Below are positions 28,164 to 35,944 of a stretch of DNA of 64,000 nt, one piece after another. Made by a program: the position numbers and the translations under genes. This DNA is from Myxococcota bacterium (GTDB lineage: Bacteria; Myxococcota_A; Polyangia; Polyangiales; Sandaracinaceae). The notes beneath the pieces were generated by a model. That model made no database searches. It had not been told where the DNA came from and saw only the letters and a list, made by a program, of their open reading frames with translations. Location of the stretch: positions 1 to 64,000 of the forward strand of contig JAYZQJ010000078.1 in NCBI GenBank assembly GCA_036149055.1, given 5' to 3'. The stretch's first letter is position 1; each line of letters begins with the position of its first letter.

Positions 28164-31100
28164 GGGTCCAGAGCCCACTCCCCGCCCAACGGCCTCTGCC
28201 CGGTCACGACCAGGAGGTCCTCTCGTGAGCTCACGTCCCCGGACCCTCGCGAGATCCGAATCTCGACGTCTTCGGGGAGCTCCAGCTCTTCGCGCGCGCG
28301 ACGCTCCAACCAAGCACGCGTCACGGGCTCCTCGAGCTTGCGGTAGGTGAGATCCAGACGATCGGTGGGCTTCAGGTTTACTTCCAGCGGAAGGTAGCCG
28401 CGCTCGATCGCGCCCCGCCTCACGGTGTCGGCGAACGCACGCCATCGACGCCACCACGCCCGAACATCGAGGTTGCCCGCGCTCACGTGGCGCCAGGACG
28501 TCGGGGCCACCTCGGGAACGAGTCCTTCCAGATCCGCAGGCAGCCGGCGACTGCACCCCGTGTGGCGCTGCATGAGGTGACTCAAGTACGCGTCCACGTC
28601 TGCACGAGAGGGTGGGTCTCCCCCCGTGAGGCCCTTTCCGCTGTAGATACTCCGCCCGAACGCCAAGACCGGACGTTCGTGGAGCAGCGCGGTGAGCCCG
28701 ACGGTGGAGTTCACCGTGACCACGAGGTCTGCGAGCCGGATCCAGGCGTGCAGGTCTCCGCTCGCGTCCACGTACACTCCATCGAGGGTGGGTAGCTTGA
28801 CGGTCGCGGTCTCCTCCGGGTGCGGTCGCACCACGATGGCCGTGTTCTCGTCGTGGTACTGGTCCCAGACGCGCTGAACGAGCGCCCCCATGCTGTCGAT
28901 CTCCGGGCTGTGGAGCAGCAGGTTGGTGTCGGACTCCACCTGAAGGGGGACGAAGATGATTCGCCGGGCCGACCTCCACGGTCCCGCCCGACGCAGCGCG
29001 TCCATCTCGTCCTTCCCCACCGAAGGCACCACGGACCGCGCCCGCGCCACGTCTTCGGCCGACACCACTTCCTCGCGAATGGAGCTCATCGGAGCGTCGG
29101 GCAACCGGCTGTAGCCATTCACTCCGCTCCGGTCGACGAAGACGCAGCTCGGGAGCAGCGACCGCTCCATGAAAGCGCGCGGCAGCCCGCGAATCGACGC
29201 CGCCTGCCGCAGCAGGTTCGCGGTGATCCCCGTGTAGCCGTTCCAGACCAGCAGCACGTCCGGGCGCACCTCGTCGAGCATCCGGTCGATTCTGTGAATG
29301 TGTCGCAGCGCGTGCTTGCGAGACGCGCTCTTCTTGTGGGAGTTCCACCCCTTTGCAGCCGCCCGCGCGGCCGCCAGGTCGTCGAGATCGTAGTGCCGAT
29401 GGAAGGCGGGAACGACGCGCTCGGCGAGGCCATAGACCCACTCGCGAGAACGGCGGACGGCCGTCGGTTCCTCGAAGGCCTGCAGGGACACGACATCGAC
29501 GCCATGGGCGAGGAAGTAGTTGCGCCCCGTGGTTCCGTAGACGAGCGCGATCGGGTGGTGGCCTCTCTCGCGGATCACCTCCGCGAGGCCGACGCAGCGG
29601 TCCCAGTTCTCGTAGTGGTCGCCGACCTGCATGAGCACTCGCCGAGTCTGCGGAGCGAGCTCACCGATCTCGACGGCGGTCGGTCGCTCCAAGAGATCGA
29701 TGAGTGGGGCGTAGGCGGCAGAGTCTCCGAACCGGCCGGCGGCCGCACGGCGCGTCTCCAGCCTCTTGGTGCTCCACGAGCGGGGCTCCTCGATCTCGCG
29801 CTCGAGCGCGCGGGTGACGTCGTCCGCGCTCTCGGCGATCACGGCGAGGGTGTCATCGCCCAGACACCTCGCGCCCATCGGAGTGGTCACCAGGAGCCGA
29901 CACGCCATCAGGCTCTCGACCGCCTTGAAGTTCAAACCTCCTTGCACGACCAGCGGGTTCAACAGCGCGTCGATCGATGCGTAGAAGTCCCGCAGAGAGC
30001 TGACGAAACCAACGCGCTCCACCCCCTTCGCGAGGAAGGCCGCGTCGGCGACGGCAGGGACGTTGGAGATCGTACCGGCGAGGAGGAGTCGCGCCTCCGG
30101 CCAGCGAGCCACGACGGCGGGCCACCAACTCGAGAGCAGCAGCTCCACGGCCTTCACGTTCGCGTCCATCGCCCCGCCGATGAACCCGAACACCGGCCGC
30201 TCCGCATCGGGTTCGCGTGGCTCCATCTGCGCGTAGTCGAACCCGGTAGGCACCTCCAGCACGCGCTCTCGCGGCAGGTGCCTGCGAAGCACCTCGGCAT
30301 CGGACGCGCTGATGGCCAGCACGTGGTCGAACGACCGGAGCACCTTCAGCTCCAGAGCTCTTTCGCGCTCCGGCGAGAACCCGAGACGAAGCTCACCTCG
30401 GTTGTGAGTCTCCGTGCGGACGAACTGCACATCGTGCGTGTCGCAGATCCACCGGTACCTCCCGAGCAGCCGCGGGGGAACGAGGGCCCGGATCCTCTCC
30501 ATCCAGGCATAGTTCACGATGATCGTGTCGTAGCCGCCTCGCTCGAGGAGACGACGAAGCCGGACCCGCCCCGAGAACGCCGCGGCGGTGTGGAGCCTCT
30601 CCTCGAACAGCTTGGGGGGGGGCCTGTTCACGCCCGCGACGCGACGCAGCGCCAGCTCGGCTCGTCGCCGCGTCTTCATGTGAGGCGGGAGCTTTCGCCC
30701 GCTGGGGCCGTTCACGTGGACGGCCGGACAGAGCTGAGACAACACCACACGCGCCCGGTCCGCGGTGCGCTCGTTGCCACAGGTGATGAGCACGTCACAG
30801 TCGTGGCCGGCTCGCGACAAGGCCTCGAGCACACCGAAAGCCCGCTGATGCGAGCCCATCGACGTCGGCACGATCGGGCCAGGAAACACACTGAGGACGC
30901 GGCTCCGAGCGCGCGCTCGCGGCTCGTGGTCGGCCAACGCCCCGTCCGGCCCCGTGAGTCGTTGGATGGCCACGACGTCGAGCGCCGACAGCTGCCGGAC
31001 CCAGACGAGCGGCAGCGGCTCCTCGGGGCCGAAGCCCACGAGAACGACTCTCAGCTCGCCCGCGGTCGGCGGCAGGACGCCGAGCGCGTCCGCATCGCCC

Positions 31101-31258
31101 AGAGCTCGATAGAAGGATGTCGGTGCGGCGAGCGGCGGTCTGTCGGCCGAGCGAAGCACGACGGCGCGGCCGCCGGTCTCGGCTTCGAGGGCACTCACTT
31201 CGGCATCGGAGAGCAGCGCGCTCGGATGCTCGATCAGAAGCAGCAAAGGAGCGGTCAT
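28127..31258 (-). CDS. Fusion protein (~1043 aa): GT4-like glycosyltransferase followed by a KpsS/KpsC-like domain
   Basis: Probable ATG 31258; VNYAW, ICDTHD, FIGGAMDAN, GGLNFKAVES; then ERSLLP, GVNGYS, FVPLQVESD, RPHP, VNSTVG. Confidence 0.8.
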   Translation of the reverse strand: MTAPLLLLIEHPSALLSDAEVSALEAETGGRAVVLRSADRPPLAAPTSFYRALGDADALGVLPPTAGELRVVLVGFGPEEPLPLVWVRQLSALDVVAIQRLTGPDGALADHEPRARARSRVLSVFPGPIVPTSMGSHQRAFGVLEALSRAGHDCDVLITCGNERTADRARVVLSQLCPAVHVNGPSGRKLPPHMKTRRRAELALRRVAGVNRPPPKLFEERLHTAAAFSGRVRLRRLLERGGYDTIIVNYAWMERIRALVPPRLLGRYRWICDTHDVQFVRTETHNRGELRLGFSPERERALELKVLRSFDHVLAISASDAEVLRRHLPRERVLEVPTGFDYAQMEPREPDAERPVFGFIGGAMDANVKAVELLLSSWWPAVVARWPEARLLLAGTISNVPAVADAAFLAKGVERVGFVSSLRDFYASIDALLNPLVVQGGLNFKAVESLMACRLLVTTPMGARCLGDDTLAVIAESADDVTRALEREIEEPRSWSTKRLETRRAAAGRFGDSAAYAPLIDLLERPTAVEIGELAPQTRRVLMQVGDHYENWDRCVGLAEVIRERGHHPIALVYGTTGRNYFLAHGVDVVSLQAFEEPTAVRRSREWVYGLAERVVPAFHRHYDLDDLAAARAAAKGWNSHKKSASRKHALRHIHRIDRMLDEVRPDVLLVWNGYTGITANLLRQAASIRGLPRAFMERSLLPSCVFVDRSGVNGYSRLPDAPMSSIREEVVSAEDVARARSVVPSVGKDEMDALRRAGPWRSARRIIFVPLQVESDTNLLLHSPEIDSMGALVQRVWDQYHDENTAIVVRPHPEETATVKLPTLDGVYVDASGDLHAWIRLADLVVTVNSTVGLTALLHERPVLAFGRSIYSGKGLTGGDPPSRADVDAYLSHLMQRHTGCSRRLPADLEGLVPEVAPTSWRHVSAGNLDVRAWWRRWRAFADTVRRGAIERGYLPLEVNLKPTDRLDLTYRKLEEPVTRAWLERRAREELELPEDVEIRISRGSGDVSSREDLLVVTGQRPLGGEWALDPYFVPWAPTDVG

Positions 31259-31347
31259 CACGGGGCTCGTGCAAGAAAGTAAGGGCGACGTGTTCTCCAC
31301 GCCGGACCAAGATGGTGTACGCGGAGAAACTGCCTCCGTCGAGGCCG

Positions 31348-32709
31348 TCAGTTCGCTCCGTCTCCGCACGTGTTGCCAAGCGACTGGATACAACCGCCCT
31401 CGCTGCGATTCCCGCGCACCGTCAACTCGCGAGGGGTGCCGTGGCGAAGCTGCAGACGGCACCCCGGCGCGAGTTGGTTCCCGATGACCTCCGTTCCACG
31501 CAGGTTCGCCCCCGGAAGCAGACGGCCTCGAAAGGCGACCGGCTCGAGGTGGACTGCGAGGCAGGAGTCGGAGGTCTGGCCCGGAGCGAACGTGTTCCCG
31601 ATCACTCGGTTGCCCAGGGTGTGGATGGCGACGGCCGCCCATCGTTCGGGCGCCACGAACACGTTGTCGCGAATCACGTTCCCACGGGCCTCGTCGGGGG
31701 CGGAACCGGCACGCCCGCCGAGGGTCGCGCACCAGCCGGACTCGTAGGCGTGGCCCTGGCGTGAACCGACGATGATCCCGTCCTCGATCCGACTCTCCGC
31801 GACCAGATTGAAGGAAGCCCCGCGGGGCCGGATGATGGGACACACGGTGCCACGCAGCTCACCGCAGTTGTGAAAGAGCCGGATTCCCGCTCCGTGGTTG
31901 CCCCGGGTGAGCGTGCGGAGCACCTGGGTACCCGTGGAAGAGTCGATCGCGATCCCTTCGCGCCGACGCGTGTCCTCGACCACCGAGTCCATGACGCGCG
32001 TGTCCTCACTGGAAGCATCGACGTAGACGCCGACCTCGTGGGCTCCGTGCACGCGAACCCGCTCGAGAACGACCCCTCGACTGTAGGCCCCCACGTAGAC
32101 GCCGAACTTGGCGTCCGACACCTCGACGTCCTCCACGCGAACGTCGCGATGGCCTCGTAGTCGGTCGTTCAGCTCGTCGCCCCGGAAGTAGCGCATCAGC
32201 TCGACCGCCGCGTGTCCGGTTCCCGCGATCGTACAGCCAGCGATCGTGACATCGCGAAGCGACCGGTCTTTGGGAGCGCGCACCCCCGGGTGCGCCTCGG
32301 CACCCGCATGCCGGATCGTCTGGCCTGCGCAGTCGACCCGAACCCCATCCTGGTCGAGGAGCACGGTCACGTCGAACGTACCGCCGCCGCGGCAGAGCTC
32401 GACGTCCGAGTCCGCCAGCAGGCAGCCCCACTCCGCGAAGTCCTCCGCGGGGACGCAGCGCCCCGCGTAGTCGGAGGCGCGTCGGACCACCGGACAGGCC
32501 GCGGGATAACGATCGGCCACTTGCCTGTCGCATTCCAGGCGGGAGAGCTCTGCCTGTTCCTCCCCGAGCCTGGAGCCGACCGACGCTGCGGCGGTCTCCG
32601 CTCCTCGTCCACAGCCCGAGAGAAGCGCGATTGCCAGGAGATGAACGATGACCAATGTATTGGTCGGCAACCGCGGACACCTCACGACCAATGAAACCCG
32701 GTTGCCCAT
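31348..32709 (-). CDS. Right-handed parallel beta-helix (pectin lyase-like) lipoprotein
   Basis: Lipobox LSGC; Cys-rich N-terminus; repeated motifs GVRVDCAG, GVYVGAYS, GVYVDASS, EGIAIDSS, GNVIRDNVF, GNRVIGNTF. Confidence 0.75.
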   Translation of the reverse strand: MGNRVSLVVRCPRLPTNTLVIVHLLAIALLSGCGRGAETAAASVGSRLGEEQAELSRLECDRQVADRYPAACPVVRRASDYAGRCVPAEDFAEWGCLLADSDVELCRGGGTFDVTVLLDQDGVRVDCAGQTIRHAGAEAHPGVRAPKDRSLRDVTIAGCTIAGTGHAAVELMRYFRGDELNDRLRGHRDVRVEDVEVSDAKFGVYVGAYSRGVVLERVRVHGAHEVGVYVDASSEDTRVMDSVVEDTRRREGIAIDSSTGTQVLRTLTRGNHGAGIRLFHNCGELRGTVCPIIRPRGASFNLVAESRIEDGIIVGSRQGHAYESGWCATLGGRAGSAPDEARGNVIRDNVFVAPERWAAVAIHTLGNRVIGNTFAPGQTSDSCLAVHLEPVAFRGRLLPGANLRGTEVIGNQLAPGCRLQLRHGTPRELTVRGNRSEGGCIQSLGNTCGDGAN

Positions 32710-32730
32710 GGGTGGCAGACGAGCGCTGAC

Positions 32731-33015
32731 TCAGCCGATCATCCAGATGACCATGGCGAGGGCGGAGACGCGGAGCACGAAGAGGAAGGCGACGAGCTTG
32801 TAGGCCTTCGTGTGGGCGTGGGCGCGGCTCTTCAGCAGGCCGAGGAGGACCGGGACGTTCATCGCCAGGACGACGGTGATGAGGCCGCCGATCGCGGCGT
32901 GGAGCGCGGCGCCGTCGAGGCGGAACTTCGTGATGAGCACGAAGCTGCCGACGAGCACGAGCCACGTGTAGCGGCTCAGCGCGCGGGCGAGCTTCGGGTC
33001 GTCGAGTCTGGGCAT
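32731..33015 (-). CDS. Small 3-TM hypothetical membrane protein
   Basis: ATG 33015; three hydrophobic segments; host-like codon usage. Confidence 0.65.
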   Translation of the reverse strand: MPRLDDPKLARALSRYTWLVLVGSFVLITKFRLDGAALHAAIGGLITVVLAMNVPVLLGLLKSRAHAHTKAYKLVAFLFVLRVSALAMVIWMIG

Positions 33016-33055
33016 CTGCGCCCGGAGGGTGAGCCCGCCCGCGGGTCCCGGCAAG

Positions 33056-33940
33056 TCACCGCCGGCTGCGAGCCCGGATGATCATCGCGGTCAGGTTCAG
33101 GGTGAAGGTGATGACCAGGAGCACGAGCACGGTGCCGAAGAGGCTCCCCCGCGCGGCGTCGACGTTCGGGCTCTGCGTGCTGAGCGCGTACACGTGGTAG
33201 CCGAGGTGCATGTACATGTCGCGGAGGTCGGTCGGCAGCTGCGGGAGGTAGCTCGCCGCGCCGGTGAAGATGATCGGCGCGACCTCGCCCGCCCCGCGGC
33301 TGACCGCGAGGATGATGCCGGTGAGGATGCCGCCCTTGGCGTTGGGCACGGCGATCCGGAAGACGGTCTGGAAGCGCGTCGCGCCGAGCGCCAGCGCCGC
33401 CGAGCGCAGGTCCTGGGGGACGGACCGGAGCGCCTCCTCGGTGGTGACGATGACCACCGGGAGGGTGAGCACCGCCAGGGTCAGCGAGCTCCAGAGCACG
33501 GCCGGCTTCCCCCACACCGGCTGGCCGTCGTAGAGCAGGGCGTCCACGCCGCGGCCGAGGAAGAGGATGAAGAAGCCGAGCCCGAAGAGGCCGAAGACGA
33601 TCGACGGGACGCCCGCGAGGTTGACCACCGCCGCGCGCACCCAGGCCGCCAGGCGGGAGCCCCGGGGCGCGTACTCCGCGAGGTAGACGCCGGTGAGGAT
33701 GCCGACCGGGACGACCGCGACGGTCATCAGGAGCGTCATCAGCACCGTGCCCCAGATGGCGGGCCAGATGCCGCCGCCGACGAGGTCGCTGGACGGGCCC
33801 TCGGTGAGGAAGGTGGCGCTGATCGACGGCGCGCCGAGGATCGCGACCTGGCCGAGCACGACGAGCATGAGCGCGAGGACGAGCACGACGCTCGCGCCCG
33901 TGGCCCCCGCGAGGAGGAGGTCGCCCTTGACCCACTTCAC
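33056..33940 (-). CDS. pstA: Phosphate ABC transporter permease PstA
   Basis: GGIWPAIWGT; NLAGVPSIVFGLFG; LALGATRFQT; SRGAGEVAP; GTGA overlap with pstC. Confidence 0.95.
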   Translation of the reverse strand: MKWVKGDLLLAGATGASVVLVLALMLVVLGQVAILGAPSISATFLTEGPSSDLVGGGIWPAIWGTVLMTLLMTVAVVPVGILTGVYLAEYAPRGSRLAAWVRAAVVNLAGVPSIVFGLFGLGFFILFLGRGVDALLYDGQPVWGKPAVLWSSLTLAVLTLPVVIVTTEEALRSVPQDLRSAALALGATRFQTVFRIAVPNAKGGILTGIILAVSRGAGEVAPIIFTGAASYLPQLPTDLRDMYMHLGYHVYALSTQSPNVDAARGSLFGTVLVLLVITFTLNLTAMIIRARSRR

Positions 33941-34965
33941 GCCTCGACCCCCGCGGTCAGGCGACGGTGGAGGCGCGCGATGACGGCCGCGCCGAGGCGG
34001 TTGAGCGCGAACGTGATGACGAACAGGAGCACGCCGAGGAGGAAGAGCACCCGCCAGTGAGGGTCGCCCTGCGCGACCTCGCCCAGCTCGGCGGCGATGG
34101 TCGCGGTCACCGTGCGCGCGCTGGTGGTCGGGTCGAAGAGCTCCATCACCGCGGCGTTGCCCGAGGCCATGAGCACGACCATCGTCTCGCCGATCGCCCG
34201 GCCGAAGCCGAGGATCACGGCGGCCGCGATGCCGGGGAGCGCAGCCGGGACGACGACGCGCAGGGTCGTCTGCCACTTGCGCGCGCCCAGGGCCATCGCC
34301 GCCTCGCTCAGCTCCCGGGGGACGGCGCGCAGGGCGTCTTCGCTGATGGTGAAGATCATCGGGATGACGGCGAGGCTCAGGCCGCACGCCGCGACGATGG
34401 CGTTCAGGCGGTAGGCCAGGCCGAAGGTCTCCTGCATCCAGGTCGCGAGCACGATGAGCGCGAAGAAGCCGAGCACGACGCTCGGGATCGAGGCGAGCAG
34501 CTCGAGCGCCGGCTTGATGACCTCCCGGAGCGAGCGCGGCGCGTACTGCGAGACGAAGATCGCGGCGCCCACCCCCGCCGGCACGCTGATGAGCATGGCC
34601 AGGACGGTGACCTTGAGGGTGCCGACGAGCAGCGGCACGACGTTCAGCTTCGAGGGCGTGCCCACCGGCTGCCAGACGAAGACCGCCTCCGCGTAGCCCG
34701 CCCACTGCTTCGGCAGGAACAGCGCGTCGAGGCCGCCGATCTCTCCGTGCAGCTCGGTCTCCCAGAGGAGCGGCAGCGCCTCCTTCAGGATGAAGACGAA
34801 GATGAGCACGATGGCCGCGATGGCGACGAAGGCCACCCCGGTGATCGCCTTCTCCGCCAGGCGGTGCGCGAGCGGGGTCTCGAAGCCCTGCCCGAGCGGG
34901 ACGACGGCGCGCGGCGCGCCCGGCTCCGAGAGCTCTCGCTCGCCGGATCGCGCGCCGCGGCTCAT
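33937..34965 (-). CDS. pstC: Phosphate ABC transporter permease PstC
   Basis: ELLASIPSVVLGF; ISEDALRAVP; GRAIGETMVVLMASGN. Confidence 0.95.
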   Translation of the reverse strand: MSRGARSGERELSEPGAPRAVVPLGQGFETPLAHRLAEKAITGVAFVAIAAIVLIFVFILKEALPLLWETELHGEIGGLDALFLPKQWAGYAEAVFVWQPVGTPSKLNVVPLLVGTLKVTVLAMLISVPAGVGAAIFVSQYAPRSLREVIKPALELLASIPSVVLGFFALIVLATWMQETFGLAYRLNAIVAACGLSLAVIPMIFTISEDALRAVPRELSEAAMALGARKWQTTLRVVVPAALPGIAAAVILGFGRAIGETMVVLMASGNAAVMELFDPTTSARTVTATIAAELGEVAQGDPHWRVLFLLGVLLFVITFALNRLGAAVIARLHRRLTAGVEA

Positions 34966-35819
34966 CGCGTGACTCGCTCCGCGGTGCGCACGCGGGGCAG
35001 CGGGTAGTAGCCCGCCGCCTCCACCAAGCTCTGGCCCCGAGGGCCGCGGGTCCAGGCGATGAAGTCGGCCGCGGTGCCGCGCGGCTCGCCGGCCGTGTAG
35101 ACGAGGAGCGGCCGCGCCAGCGGATAGCGACCGTCGAGCGCGCTCTGGGCGCTCGGCGCCACCGGGTCGCCGCCCTCGGTGGCGATCGGCACCGCGCGCA
35201 CGCCCCCGCCGAAGCCGATCCCCCCGTAGCCGATGCCGCTCGGGTCGCGGCTCACCGCGTGGATCACCGCCGCCGTGCCCGGGAGCGTCTGGGCCTCGCT
35301 AGCGAAGTCGCGGTCCTCGAGCACGCGCTCCTTGAAGTAGGCGTAGGTGCCCGAGCTGTTCTCCCGGCTGTAGAGCACGATGCGCCCGGGCGGGCCGCCG
35401 ACGTCGCGCCAGTCGTCGATGCGCCCGCGGTAGATCGCCGAGAGCTGGGCCAGCGTGAGCGACGCGACGGGGTTGTCCTCGTGCACGTAGACGGCGACGG
35501 CGTCGATCGCGACCGGCACGGCGTGCGCTTCGGCGTCCCGGTTGCGCCGGAGGTTGCGTCGCTCGCGCTCGGTGATGGTCCGGCTCGCGGTGGCGATGTC
35601 GGTCGTCCCGTTGATCAGCGCGGCGAGGCCGGTGCCGCTCCCCCCGCCGGTGACCTGGATGGTCGCCTCGGGGTGGGCGCGCATGTAGTGCTCGGCCCAG
35701 CGCTGGGTGAGGATCACCATGGTGTCGGATCCCCGGACGCTGACACGTCCGGCGGCGTCGCCGTCGCCCGAGCAGGCGGCGGCGGAGAGCGCGAGCAGGA
35801 TCGCGAGCAGGGTCCTCAT
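34962..35819 (-). CDS. pstS: Phosphate-binding lipoprotein PstS
   Basis: Lipobox AAAC; RGSDTM; GGGSGTG; ATASR; SRENSSGT; YPLARPL. Confidence 0.93.
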   Translation of the reverse strand: MRTLLAILLALSAAACSGDGDAAGRVSVRGSDTMVILTQRWAEHYMRAHPEATIQVTGGGSGTGLAALINGTTDIATASRTITERERRNLRRNRDAEAHAVPVAIDAVAVYVHEDNPVASLTLAQLSAIYRGRIDDWRDVGGPPGRIVLYSRENSSGTYAYFKERVLEDRDFASEAQTLPGTAAVIHAVSRDPSGIGYGGIGFGGGVRAVPIATEGGDPVAPSAQSALDGRYPLARPLLVYTAGEPRGTAADFIAWTRGPRGQSLVEAAGYYPLPRVRTAERVTR

Positions 35820-35944
35820 GGGCTCCCTCGACGTACGACACATCCGATCACGGGGAAGCCCGGCATATGTAACAGGATGGAGAAATCTTGCGAGTGCATC
35901 TGCGCGCATCGGCGTGGTCGGATGCCACCGTTTTTGGTATCTCC

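Noticed and set aside
31259..31843. N-terminal extension of the 1238-aa glycosyltransferase ORF
   Set aside because: It overlaps the beta-helix gene in another frame and is low-complexity; ATG 31258 is more plausible.
14512..32730. Capsule locus as an integrative mobile element
   Set aside because: No integrase, transposase, tRNA or flanking direct repeats were seen.
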